Shown here in pieces: positions 25,138-38,500 of a DNA stretch of 64,000 nucleotides; the stretch's first letter is position 1, and each line of letters starts with the position of its first letter. This stretch comes from Lophium mytilinum. Taxonomy: Eukaryota. The stretch is taken from assembly GCA_010093605.1 (NCBI GenBank), contig MU004182.1, positions 839,032 to 903,031 of the forward strand, given 5' to 3'. A program made the translations under genes and the position numbers. The notes beneath the pieces were generated by a model. It worked only from the letters and a program-made list of their open reading frames with translations. It did not search any database and was not told the origin of the DNA.

Positions 25138-27486
25138 CTAGGACCAGCCCTGACCCTGCCCTTGCTGTCCAGTGGGCTGTCCTGGCCTAGGGAATACCGG
25201 CAACGTCTCCACCGCCTCGAGACCCATCCCGCCCATCGTTCCTTGGCCGGTGTTTTGCCAGCCCTGGCCCGTTTGTTGGTTCACGAACGTGCTTTGTCGG
25301 AAAGGGTTCGTGCTTCCTGTCGGGTTGGGCAATAGGCCGGTTTGCTGTTGTGGTACTTGCGGTTGAGGCGATGGGTTGCGGGCGAAAGGGTTCGTTCCTG
25401 TTGGTGCTGGCTGCATGGGCGAAAGGGTATTTTGCTGCGGTGCGAAGGGAGAGCTGTTCTGAGGGGTCTGGATAGGCGGAGGCGATGTAAAGGGTGATGA
25501 GGACAGACCAAGACCAGGTGATTGTTGACTCTGGGTGCCGTGCTTGGCAAAAGGATTTGTAGGGGAGCGAGCGAGCGGTTGTGCGATTGGAGGATTGCTC
25601 AAAAGCTTGGGTTCGGCAATAATATTAGGCATTACAGAGTTACGGAATGGGTTGGTAGACTGGGGGTGTAGGGGATCAGCAACCGGATTGGGATTGCCGA
25701 ACTGTTGTGCTGGTTGGGGGGAGAAGTTCGCGACACCATTCTGGGGTATGCTGGAAAGCGAGGTGTTCTGCGGGTTGAATGGCTGTGGGGTGTACCCGCC
25801 GAAGCCAGCGCCTGTGAAAGTAGGTTGCATGTGCTGCTGCTGTGGCTGTTGTTGTGGCTGCTGTTGCGGTTGCTGTTGCGGTTGCTGTTGCGGTTGCTGT
25901 TGCGGTTGCTGTTGCGGTTGCTGTTGCGGATGGCCAAATGGATTCGTAGCCTGGAAATCCGTGATCTGGGCGGGGGCTTGGTATCCAATAGGTTGCATGT
26001 TCGTCTGCTGGGGATACTGCTGGAATTGCTGGTTTTGTTGAACCATAGGCTGTTGATTCTGCTCGATTGATGCGAAGAAATCGATCAGATCCGGGGCAGG
26101 GCCTTTGGTTTCTTGCTTGATCGGTGCTGCAGACGCTTGCTTCGGCGAAGGGAAACCTTGTCCTGCGGGTGTTTTCGACGCTGCAGGTTTCGAGTCTGCA
26201 AATGCTCTACTTGTCCCATTTGAACTCTTACCACCACCAAGCTTCTTCGCTTCTCTTTCGGCGAGATATTGACGGCGATTTATCTCGAAGTCCTTGTCGT
26301 TCAAGTATTCCTCCAACGACGCAGCTAGACTTGTAGGGGCGTGCTTTATTTTCGGAATCTCGAGCCGTGTCGAGTGTTCGTGCATTCTTGCGACACTCAG
26401 GTACTGCACGACTAGGTCCGTTTGCTTGACGAACGTGCGATAAATCAGCAACGCCCTGCTAGCATCCGGGTGAGACATCTCAAAGTAATGTTCTAAAGAT
26501 TACTTAGCGGCTAGCCTCAGTCAACGCTCACGTAGTACTCACCAAGCACATTGATTGTCCCTTCATTCATAACATGGAAGAGCACGAGCAGGTCCATTGT
26601 CAATAACCGGAACGCGGTCAAAGTGATTTCGTTCTCGGGTTCCTCAGCAAGGAGCTAGGGAGTCATATTAGCCAAGTCCGATAAACAATCAGGGTTCTCC
26701 TGGAAATGTACCTCGCATCTTAGCAAGTATCTTATCTGCTCTTGAACGCTCTCCGTTTCACGCAACAGGCCTTTGTCAATGCTCAACCTCTTGAGCCGAC
26801 CCTCTCCCCCGCGCACATAGTCAATCTTTGTAGTTCCGTACTCTTGCGCTCGGCGGAGCAGATATTCGGCGTACGTTCGAATATTTCGGCCTTGGGTTTG
26901 AACTAGTTTTCCGGGCAACGTTAGCATAGTGTCTGTAAGGGTTCCTACAATAGCCCAGATATCGTTACTGGTTCGCCATTGGCGCTGAAGCTAGGATCTC
27001 GCGGAATATCAAAGATCATTTCCGCTTCGTGCAGGTTCACCGCCAATGAATATAGTATAGGCGTCAATCCCATGCAAAGGGGTTGTTTGCACCAGACTAG
27101 TATCAAAATAGGGCCACGTACCCTCTGTGAAATGGTTTATTGCCAGCTTCCGTTGCGGGTTCTGGGCCAGGAACTTGAGTGTAACATCCGGCTCCCCTTC
27201 CCGAATCATGAGGTGAACAATAATGAGGGACTTGAAGACGATGGTCCATGTCGAGTCCCGCAGTCGGTTCGTGAGGGCGCGGAAGATCTCAGCGACGCCG
27301 GCCTCACCGGCGTGAGTGGCTATGAGGATGTGCTCGACATATTTGGATTTCGGGGCGGCGAGCTGGCGGAATGGTTTATCAGTTCAAGAAGGCATCGCGG
27401 CAGGCAGAGCTGTAGTCTCTTGTGTTCTGGGGCCTTACCTTGATCTTTGTGCCGCCCTTGACTGACTTCTCGAACGAGCTCGTCAT
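25138..27486 (-). CDS. ANTH-domain clathrin assembly protein (AP180 / Yap1801-Yap1802-like)
   Basis: MTSSFEKSVKGGTKIK, AAPKSKY, RLRDSTWTIVFKSLI, GLLRETESVQ, a DLIDF clathrin box and multiple NPF motifs. Multi-exon. Confidence 0.93.
25835..25930 (-). repeat. Coding 12-nt minisatellite (CAACAGCAACCG)n encoding QQQP repeats
   Basis: About 7-8 tandem units, reading gttgctgttgcg on the + strand. Confidence 0.95.
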
Positions 27487-27789
27487 ATCGAGTGAGGTTA
27501 TACTGGCGGCGCGACGTGTGTAGTTGGATCGGGTGGGTGTTCCGGGCCGGGTCTATCGCAACATAGTGGTGCAGAACAATGGAAAGGATAGGCGCATACG
27601 GATAGCTGCTGTGATGTGCAGAAGCACTGGGGCCTGGGTGCTATGCAGAAGCCGCAGCGGTGAGTTGTTCGGAGGAGCTGGCCGCAATGCAGCATTGGTG
27701 CTGTTGGCGATGACGCTCCCGCTCCACCCCGTGCGCCGTTGCGACTCCATCCCACCACGCTGCTGGAATAAACTTCTTCAATTGCAGCC

Positions 27790-28467
27790 ATGGCTTCGTC
27801 TCCCACTCCGTCGGAGCGCGGTCGAGCAGACGAGGAGCTCAAAGCCAAAGAGGCTGCCGAGCAAGGTGCCCTGCCCTACAAGTGGACTCAGACCATCAAG
27901 GACGTTGATATCACCGTCTCGGTGCCTGGAAACCTCAAGGGTCGCGATCTGGATGTCAAATTCACTAAAGGGAAGCTCAAGATCGGCGTCAAGGGCCAGG
28001 ACCCAGTCATAGATGTATGGTGTTGCTTGTCTATTCTATCAAAATAAAGCTAAGAGGTCCTGCAGGGTGACCTTCCGCATCCCATCCTCGTTGACGAATC
28101 CACCTGGACCCTCGAAACAGTACCCGAAGGCAAGGAAATAGCCGTACATCTAGATAAGGTCAACAAGATGGAGTGGTGGGCGCACGTCGTGACGTCGGCA
28201 CCGAAGATAGATACCTCCAAAATCCAGCCTGAGAACAGCAATCTGAGCGACTTGGACGGCGAGACGAGGAGCATGGTCGAGAAGATGATGTTTGACCAGC
28301 GGCAGAAAGAGATGGGCAAGCCTACAAGTGACGAGCAGAAAAAGATGGATATCCTGTCTCAGTTTCAATCGCAGCATCCAGGTAGGTCGGCTGCATGTGG
28401 TGAGACAGCCTTGTGTAAAAGCTTACAAAAATCAGAAATGGACTTCTCCAACGCCAAAATGGGCTGA
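27790..28467 (+). CDS. nudC: Nuclear movement protein NudC (CS/p23 domain co-chaperone)
   Basis: [52 protein letters not shown] and [12 protein letters not shown]. 3 exons. Confidence 0.96.
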
Positions 28468-28835
28468 AAACGGTCATGCCGAGCATCATGAGACTACAAC
28501 GGGTATGGTCTGAGGTTTCAAAAGCATTTTCCATCATGTCAACCATACTTCAGTAGCAGTAAATTGACTGGTTGATCACGAGTATTTAAGAATTACTTGG
28601 TGCTGCACAACTTACACCTCGATCTTCCACGAGGGATATTAACAGACTGAAAATAATGGCACTCAAGATATAGATCGTCAAAGACACTAGACATTGTTGT
28701 CAGCCTCCTCACAGGCATGAAAATCACATGCAAATAAGATTTGGGAGGATGCTGCTATCTCCTGGTATGATCTTGAAGTCAGTACGAAGTACAGCTATAA
28801 CACATATATAATACACCACGACTTCAAACTCTCCA

Positions 28836-31207
28836 TTACTCTTTAAGCTGCAGATGATAGGTCTCAAGCTGCTCCTTGGTGACTGCATTCGGTGATTTCA
28901 CGAGCATATCCTCCCCTTTACCACTCTTCGGGAAGGCGATGACATCTCGAACCGACTCTTTACCCATCATTACCGCAATGAGGCGATCAAATCCCAAAGC
29001 CAGTCCCGCATGTGGCGGGCATCCAGCGCTCAGAACTTGGATCAGGTGTTTGAAATCCTGAAGCCGCTCGTCACTCATCTGGAGCACGTCGCGCAGAACA
29101 TACTCCTGCACCTTGGCATCATGGATACGCCGGCTTCCTCCCCCGAGCTCGACACCGTTGACGACGATATCGTAATGCTCCGCAGTAACTGCTGATGGAT
29201 CTGTCAGAAGAAGATCAACGTCTTCAGGAGTCTTAGGCGCTGTAAACGGGTGGTGTGTGGCGGATAGCCCGGCTGCACCACCTTGGCCAGGGTCTGTGTC
29301 GTTACTAGGCGAGAAGAGTGGGAAATCAGTAATCCAGAGGAACTTGAAGTCATGGGGTTGCTCGATCAATCCTTCGTTCCTTGCTGCTTTGTGAAGAGCC
29401 AGCCTCAGGTTTCCGAGAGGTGTAAAGCCACCAGAGAATGGCGCATTTTTGCGCGCCTGTAGGACGACCAAGTCGCCTTGCTCCAGGTCCAGCATCTCCT
29501 CAACTTGTTCTGCGCCTTCGAATCCAAATGCGTGTAGCCCTGAGAGAGGTTTTTTCGTATCATAAACAAAGATCCCAGGCTTCCCTTCTGGGTTGTTTTG
29601 AAACGGTGTTGCATCCGGACTGCTCATAAAGCTTGCGATAAACTTCTGCGTCTGACGAGCATCGTCAGATACGCTCAGCTTCATCACCTCGACAATCGGA
29701 TCATGTAATGGACCAATATTGAGGATCAGATCAGCTGGGAGAAGATACTCGATTCGATGAATCTGGTGATGATTAGATCATGTCGTAGAAACTCTTTGCA
29801 ACTCCTGGGGCACACTTACCTCCATTCCAAGTCTTAGATCCGGCTTATCCGATCCGTACTGCGCCATAGCGTCATGGTAAGCCATACGGGTGAATTGAGC
29901 GTCTGGGCTCGTCCAGCCAAGCATTTCCTGCCATATATGTTTTATGAGCCCTTCGATTTGCTGCATCACTTCTTCGCCAGTCACAAAAGACATTTCTAGA
30001 TCGAGCTGCACAGCCGTTAGAAAAGGCCAATGTTTCTCATAAAAGCAGGCTTGCCTGTGTGAATTCCGGTTGTCTATCGGCTCGCAGATCTTCGTCTCGG
30101 AAACAGCGGGCAACCTGGAAGTACTTGGGTATGCCGCTAGCCATGAGAATCTGCTTGTATTGTTGTGGGCTCTGTGGCAGAGCATACGCTAAACCTTTAG
30201 TCCTTGTAGGTACAAGAAACTCCCGAGCTCCTTCAGGTGTCGATTTGAACAGGAGTGGGGTTTCGATCTCCAAGAAGCCAGAACCTATGAGCCTTTGCCT
30301 GCAAAGTTGAGCAACCTTGGCCCGGAAAGCCAAGGCCTTACGAATGTCATCCCCCATTCGTATCTGAAGATGTCGTTGTTCCGGAAGGAATGCGGTCTGT
30401 CCGGTAACAAGCGCATTTGGCATTGTGTTGAGGAGCTGAACGTCGTCAACATTCACTTCAATGTTGGCGATGAGCTCAACGCCAGTTTCGGATTTGTCTT
30501 TAGGGGGGATTCGCTCCTTGAGAATGCCTCGAATGATGATGGGAGAATGGGCATTCAATGTTTTCAGTTTTGCGTGGCTTTCTTTCTCTTTTCCGTTCTC
30601 ATCCTTGCCTAATGAAATGAGTTGGACACAAGTCGCCATGTCGGTGCTTAGAAGCTGCGTAAAAGTCAAGCCTTTAGCCATATCTTTTCGATTGCTTCCC
30701 AAGTATCCATGTAAGAAGACCGTCTCGCCGACTTTAGCATCTTTCAGTGATGCTATGGAACAAGTCGGAGAGGGAAACCTAACTGATCATGTTAGGTAAG
30801 AACTCGAAGAAGGTGTTGCATCGATATGAACTCAGCATAGTTTTGTATGGAACATTGCGTGGTATGCTTCAACAATTCGTGTTTACTAAGTCCATTGAAG
30901 CACCTGGACCACTGGCAAATGATTGTACACAAACTAATGTATAGACGTTTTGATAAATGAACGTACTTGATGACTTGTAATCTTTCAGGAATTGAGGTAA
31001 CGATTGAGCCCGAGTCTCATTTAACAACGGCTTGGAGGATGAGAAAGAGCGTGTTTGGACAGTGCATGTGCAAAGTGCGGAATGAGCACGATTTGATAGT
31101 GGCCCCTGATGATGGGGTCCGTTCCGGATGAGTCTCGAAATCTCAGCATATGATTTCCATACTGGACGCCGAACTCGAGCTCCCGCACACGATGCTTGCA
31201 AAAGCAT
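28836..31207 (-). CDS. MSD1: Mitochondrial aspartyl-tRNA synthetase
   Basis: Basic presequence, [54 protein letters not shown] and PPHAGLALGFDRL. Introns at 30966-30783, 30054-30006 (GC-AG) and ~29819-29763. Confidence 0.95.
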
Positions 31208-31942
31208 AATCAATTAGTTCATATGAGGCGTACAAAGCGATGCAGATGCTATCTCCTGACGGAAATTTCAGTGATGAGGTTGGGGTTGCCAAGAAAATGA
31301 CTAAGCTAAAACTTCGCGGCACACATCTTTTCTTCGCCAGCTGGAGCTTCTTCTCTTCTCCATCCTTCCAGTTTAAAACATGTGAGTAGCAAGCCTCCTC
31401 AAAGCTGAGCAATTTACTGACGATGCTTCTCTAGATGATGAAAACTTGGCGTGCACTCGATGAGCTGTCCTTCCCTTCGCTTTCAGACTCTCCCTTCACC
31501 GGGCTCAAGTGGTCTGGCTGGGAATTGAAGGCAGCATGAAATCGGCGTTCGGCACACACATCTTGTTACATTACGAACGCGATGAAGTTACTCTGAATAT
31601 TCTGGAAAGGTGTAGCGATGTTGCTCGTACAATGTCGCGCGATCGAACGAGCTCTCGAAATGTACCTACATATACCACGAATCAATACGAACCTCCATAT
31701 CATACTGCTCTTGGCTTGAAGTGCGAAGGGATTCTGTCTCTACATGATTGTTCGCTGGCGGTATCTGTGAAGACCAAAAGCTTCCCGCCTCCGCTTTCCA
31801 ACAGCTAGCAATAAAGCAATGTTTTGGGCATGATCAACAGTCTCGCTTCTAGAAACTATCACTTTCGCAATAGGAGCTAGACGTAACAACGCCGTTAATC
31901 TGCGTTATTCAGGACTGACGAAGCTCTAACAACATCAACTAA

Positions 31943-33204
31943 TCATTTCTTGCTATATGGAAACCTTTCACGAAAGTGTATCGCAATATCCTTCCGAGTC
32001 GTCACCCATACATCCGGTTTCGACGCTACATACTCCACAAACCGCTTCAACGCCGGGAACCGGCCCGGTTTAGGGATGATCCTACAATGAAGACCAATGG
32101 TCATCATCTTTGGCTTCCCTTTGAGGCCTTCATCGTAGAGCGTGTCAAAAGCGCTGATTATGTGTCAGAAGACGCCCTTTAGAAAGACAAGAAGTCCTTA
32201 CTTCTTCAAGTGCTCTTCGAAAGCACCAGGTCCTCCTAAGCCATGAGGGGAATGGAATTTGAGGTCATTACAGTCGTAGCTTGGTTTGCAGGTCAGTCAC
32301 AACTTCTCTTTGGCGGGTCGTCTCCTCAAAGATCTCAATCCTACCTGTACGGAATCATCAACATCCCCTTGGCATCTTTGGGATCTTTCGAATTTTCCGC
32401 TGGAACATCAACCCAATGGGGCAGGTCGTCGTCGTAGCAGTCTGCCTCATAAAGCAGCGGAAGGCTCCTCTCTTCATGGATTTTATGGATCAAGGCCTTC
32501 GAGTACGGCGAAAGCCGACCCATATACCAACCCACAGGTGCAGATCCTGTAAGTTTGATGATTGTATCGAGCTGTCGGTTTATGTACTGGCTCTCTAAGT
32601 CTGCAGTCATTCCAAAATAGTCAACCCAACTATGATCCGGTCAGACGAGGCAGCAACTTGATCCTTTAGCTCGGGTAGCTCACCGATATGCATGGGATGC
32701 AATCTCATGTCCCCCGTCCAAGAACGCCTTTGCAACTGCCGGGTTCTTCTCCAGTGCCAAACCAACGGCATACGCTGTTACCGGAAACTTGTATGCCTCG
32801 AACAGATTCAGTAGTCTCCAAATACCGACCCTAGAACCGTAGTCATAATCACTTTCGGCATTTATTTGCCTGACGCCAACACGTGGACCGATATTAGACT
32901 GTTCCCAGAGATGAGATTCCGATTGCTCGTCCCCATTGCTGACCGTACGCTCAGCTCCCTGTATGAGATATTAGCTTGCTCTGTGAAGTACGCCGAGAGT
33001 GTTTACCTCTTCATAATTTATGACAAATGATATTGCGATCTTTGCCCCATTTGGCCACTGAGGGTCTAGAGATTCTCTCCCATACCCAATCAAATCTCGT
33101 GGAAAGTCGTACTCAGAGCCGTAGAGGGGATCAGCATTTCCCGCATCCAGCGTCGATGCAATACCGGCAAAGTTCTTGCTTGTATTGTTCAAATAATCCG
33201 CCAT
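31943..33204 (-). CDS. Polysaccharide deacetylase family protein of the PuuE/allantoinase-like type
   Basis: RDLIGYG...WPNGAKIAISFVINYEEGAE, ESDYDYGSRVGIWRLL, HEIASHAYRW, GWYMGR, YDDDLPHW and MMTIGLHCRI. About 5 exons. Confidence 0.9.
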
Positions 33205-33701
33205 GTTCGAATGGCGAAACGTCGAAGTCGTGGGGCCGTTGACTTCGAGGACAAAATATATGCTTCAGGTAGAGTGCGGAGAGTTCTCAACCTGTCTTAA
33301 GGCTAGTTGGGATGAGCCGTCCGTCACATCGGCGGACCCACTACTCCCACTTTCGGGAACTGAGTTTAACGGCTATCGGGACATTTCTTTCCAACGAATG
33401 CAGGGTGGCATTCTGCTAGGGACGATGCCGTGTGGACCCGCCTTAGGCAGAAGCAAGTCAGGTTGTATTGACTACGAAGGAGCCTTGTTTATCCATCCTA
33501 GGCAGACCTACATCGGAACGAGCATATGTGTACACATTTCTGGCACATACGTCTTTAAAAGAGATCTTGTGAATATATGTCACCCCGCTACTCAAACTCC
33601 GCTCTCAATCAACCTCGAAATCTTTGCCAAGGATAACATTCGAATGTAATCCTGCACCTACCTCTTTCAAAATTATCGCACGGCCAATTTGCTTCTCGAC
33701 T

Positions 33702-35014
33702 ATGCGCATGTTGCCGATTGAAGAGGGTATCTCACCGATATATCAGCATGTCATAGCACGTGGGCTGCCTTATGATCGCGGATATGCTTATGGAGAGCAA
33801 GCAAAAGAGAAGATACTGTTCAACGTAAATCACTATCGTCAACCAGGAAAGCTTCCGCCATGGTAAGTCAGGCAATTTACATGCTTAAACTTCATAGCCT
33901 AACTCCAGCTAGGGAAACAATCATCAACGTAATACACGAAGTCTATCTTCCAGCAATAGCAATGTATTATCCTTCGGGACTGGAAGAGATGAAAGGAATT
34001 GCCGCAGGAGCTGAAATCTCCCTCGATGAAATCATCATGTTGAACGCTCGTTACGACTTGTCCCGCGTTAAGAAGCCAGCTCCGGATAGGAACGTAGCCA
34101 GTCTTGCTACGGCTAATGGCGAGAGTAACGAATGTACTAGCGCAGCGTTCCTTTCGAGTACCACGGTGGATGGATCTGTCATCACAGCGCAAAACTGGGA
34201 CATGTCGGCGCATCTCTTGCTCAACGATGCAGCGGTCTACCTCGAAGTTCACCCGGACGTTTCGGAAGGCATACCTGCTATGTTCATCGCCACAGAAGCT
34301 GGCGGATTGGCTCGCTCCGGTATGAACTCCCGCGGGCTAGGAATTACTGCAAATGGCCTCATGACAAACGCAGACTTTGACCCATTGGAGGAGATCATGC
34401 ATGCTGGAGTAAAGAAGTCACCGAAGCCAATGCTGCCTATCTCGTTGGTCCGGCGAATGTTTCTCGAAAGCCAGTCTTTCTCCGCTGGGCTCGTTGCCAT
34501 TAATACATCCCCGAGGCATGTCTCGAACAATCTCATGGTATCTGATGCGCAAGGACTGGCATTGTGCTTAGAAATGACACCATCGCGTGTCTTCACAATA
34601 TCACCGTCGCCAACTAGAGGTTACTTGACGCACTCAAATCATTTCCGGCACCCTGCTTTCCTTGCGGGCGATCAAGTCATTGATAAGTACCCCGGCGGCA
34701 GCAGCTGGTATCGTCCTGAGCGGCTGGAGGCAGGCACTCATGAACTGGCGGAGAAGAAACTCCTGACCGAGGAAAATATCATCAAGAGTTTCTGTGATCA
34801 CGCAGGAGGGCCGGATAGTCTTTGCGCGCACATCGATCCTATCACTTTGTCTGGTCCTACGAAGGAACTGGAAGGGTACCCGTATGGCGGGCCTTATTGC
34901 ACAGTGTCGACCGTCATCTACAGTCTGTCCAAGAGAACGGCTACAGTGTGTAAAGGCCCGCCCTGCAGAGGGGTGTTTCAGACGTTTGCACTGCCCGTGG
35001 ACCCTTCAAGATAA
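33702..35014 (+). CDS. Peptidase C45 / isopenicillin-N acyltransferase (AAT)-like Ntn hydrolase
   Basis: RGLPYDRGYAYG, EEMKGIAAGA, LNARY, ECTS (putative N-terminal nucleophile Cys), AQNWD, SGMNSRG and THSNHF. Intron at 33863-33912. Confidence 0.9.
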
Positions 35015-35560
35015 ACTATCACCACCCCTGGGTAATGAAAAGACATGAAAACGTGAATGTAGAATTCCTTGCACTATAACGTAGAGCCCTTGCCGTAGGC
35101 GTAGTCATGCTTTTGGCATATCGCATTTGTTTTATCGCACGTGCTGAGTGAGGCTGTATGGGCGTATATCTTAAAAGGGAGGGTGCAGCTATCTAGGATA
35201 ATCATTAAGGACAGAGAGTGAAGTCTGCGAGTGTAAAAGTTATAACACCATGATTTAGGATATTGCAGTCGTTTTCTTCAATGTGCTAGAACAGGTAGTA
35301 CACCGGTGCGTTTCAAAAATGTGTAGATTTTAAGACTGTGAATTAGACTTTAATCTCATTACCGGATGATCAACAAGCTATCAATCGCGAGTAACCTCCC
35401 TCCTATGCCTCTCTACCTTCCGCGCTCAACCGATCGGTCGAAAGAAGATCCTAAACCAGGAACGCCATTTCTTTGTCGGTTTTCTATACCCATCTAAACG
35501 TGTCGTAACAGCTCTATAAACGAAATCAACGAACGAAAACATTGGTTCATACAAAACCCT

Positions 35561-38500
35561 TTACACGTCTAGAACAGGAGGTGGGAGCGGCTCCGGCTCA
35601 CTGATATCCTCCTCTTTCTCATTTTCCTTGTTTTTCTCTTTCTCTTTATCTATGTCGGTCTCGTTCACTTCCTCGTTGTCTTTGGTAGGTTGGGGTGAGT
35701 TACGGAAGGCATCAGGGACTTTTTCGGAGAGGTTAATTGCGACGAAAGACTTAGGGAGCTTGACGCTAGGAGGGGGCGTTAGCTACGTTATTAGTGGAAC
35801 TTTGGGATGAGTGGGGCCTACGTGTGAAATTTTGCGCGTAGAGTCTCGAGCACTTCTTTCCAGTCGTGGTGGGCAGTCAGACTTCGACGCGGCGAGAATC
35901 CGATCATGTGTTTGGAGTCCAGTTGGCTGATTGTGTCATTAGTATGTGTGCCTACATCTGATCGAATACATGGAGAAGAGAACTTACACATCTAATGGAG
36001 CGAATGTATGACAGCCAGGCGATAGTGTGATACGAATGCTGTAATTGAAGGTGTTGGGCTGATCGTCCGGAGTCTGGTTCTGCGACTCGTAAAGCTCGAA
36101 CCCGATTTGAGACAGGTAATCTAGCTCGGGGATAGCGTTGCGCTCGATCTTGGCTTTTATGCCGCCTTCTAAGATACAATTCAAGAGAGTATAGATATGC
36201 GATTCTTTCGTAAAATAGAAGAATGACTTGGCACCATCAGAAGCCTGTAGCTCCTCCAAGTCCTCAACGATCTCCTTGAGTAGAGGTAAAGACGTAAGAA
36301 GTCCGATTTCAAGCTTTTCGCTGTTGTCGATGCCGTACTCCTGAGGGCCGATGTAATCGAATAGAACTTTACACAGTTTATACATCTCCCGGAGTTTCAC
36401 TAAACGAGCATCCGTCTTTACTTTTGATGCTGCGTTGCCAACCCCGGTGTACAATGTGAAGTAGGACTCGTGAGGGTACACAGCAGCATGAGTCTTCAGC
36501 GTGGCTGCTGCTGCTTCGGATTTGCGACGGAAGCCCATGCGTTGCGCAATGTTGCCTTTATCTGCAGCAGGCTGTGGTTGTTGTTCTTTTGGTTCATTCT
36601 TGACTTTCGATTCCTGAGGAATTGAAGGAGGCTTGTCTTTGGGATCACTCGACCCCGATTTCACAGAGCCGCTAGACGATACTGGCACGACCGGGTCTTC
36701 CTCTAGAAAGGCTGAGTCTGGAGTGAAGATCCATTCGAGGAATTGCCTATTATGGAGTGCGTCGAATTTCATGGTATCGTATAGCTCGGAGATTTTACTC
36801 GGATCGACCTTGTCTGCGTCGCCAAATTCCTTAAAAAGCTTCTCCCAGCGCTCCTTGAAAAGTTCTGGACCCTCGCCACAACACCAACGGGACTGAATGG
36901 AGGTAACGGTCGTGGCTTGTGAGAGCGAGTTCCCAGAAACTGGAGGTGTGTTTGGACTGTCCCCCGGCGGGCTGGTTACTGCTGACAGAGCTGAGACGGC
37001 CCCGGACTCAATCTTTTTGTAATTGTGATTCATAACCTTTTGGTGGAACTTCATGAGGTCTACGACCTGTCGCACGACTAGATAAGGCTCTGGCATGTTA
37101 TCTTTTGGCCAGGCAAACTGTGGCGGAGCCTTGTTCCCTTCTCGCAGAAGTGACTTCAGCTTCTTCTTTACCTTGTCCATTTCGTCTTTTGCGGCATTGG
37201 AGTCATCGAGAAGGTCTTTTCTAATCTCAATATGATCCTCTGGAAACTCTTTTTGGTTGAGGAAGGATGCTGCGAAAATCTGCGCACTTGTTGTTACTCT
37301 ACGCTCGGAGCTGCTGAAGACCGATACGTCATCCAACACTTCTCGATTGAGGAGGAGTAGGTCATTCCTGAAGTTTGCTCCGAGATCTTGCGCTTGATAT
37401 CGAGCAGAATGAGTTGGCTCGCCACCCCACTTAATGATTAGTTGAAGCTTATCGAGAACGAGATTATTCTCCACGGCAGCGATCCGAGAGAGTGTTACCC
37501 CCGACATGGAGTCACTTCGTTTGCTTGTCCAATCGCTTTGATCTTCAGAAATTCCGCCATCTAGTGTTTTGACATTCTTTTCCAAGTCTGGGGATGCGTC
37601 AAAATCTGTGCCTGGAAACAACTCGTGCTTCTTCCTCTTACGGAACATAGGTTTGATTTGCACTTTCGTTCCAGGCCATCCACCCTTCTTGTTCAAATAC
37701 AACTTCAGTTCTCGCAGCTTGTCGGGGTCTTCCTCGCCCTCTTCGACCGCTAGTTTGACGGCATCATTAACGCTGTTTAGCGCTGCCTCGCCGATGAGCA
37801 AGACTTCTTCTTGATGACCTTTCAACAGATCCACGAAGGGTTTGGTGTGAAATGTAAATTTGTGTTTTTGCTTCGGCGTTCGGTCTGCGTGTCGAACAAC
37901 GGAAACCACCCCCTTTAATTTCCATTGGGCTTTAGAGGCTGGAGGAGGCACGTTGACAATCTGCTCCTCTGATTGTGATGCAGGAGCATCCAGAGAAGTT
38001 TTCGCGTCGGTGACAGCAGGACCGGGAAGCAGATCAGGCTGGGACATCGGAGCTTTAGGGAGAGATGATCTATAAGGATTCCCGACACTTGAAGTCGATG
38101 TCATGGGGGTTGTGGCGGCTGATGCATCTGGCGACGAGGTTGGATGTGTACCGTGAGGCCGACCAGGTATGTGAGGATGATGCGCGCTCAATCTCGACAT
38201 ACTCGGCGACTTGAAGAGGCCCTTCAATGCAGATCTATGTCCGCTAGTCGTGTTCTTTCGGGATGGCACTGGTGGCATGGTCTTGTCCACGGCCGTTTCT
38301 TGCGCCTCTTGTGGCGACACAGTCTTTCCGTCCTTGCGTTCTTTTCTTTGGACCTCCTTCAGAAACATCTCCTTTAAGATGCTAGCCGCTTTATCGTAGT
38401 AACTTTCGTTGTCCTTAACGAAACTCCAGCCATTCACGTCGATAACATAGCTCTTGTCGCCAGCCCTCAGGAGATCGAACCCGCACACACGTTGCCCAAA

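Noticed and set aside
30918..30935. Shared intronic motif as a snoRNA guide for 18S UUGUACACA
   Set aside because: Only 9 nt are complementary and there is no adjacent D or D' box in either copy.
33702..35014. Penicillin biosynthesis gene penDE
   Set aside because: No ACV synthetase or IPN synthase lies in the window; family membership only.
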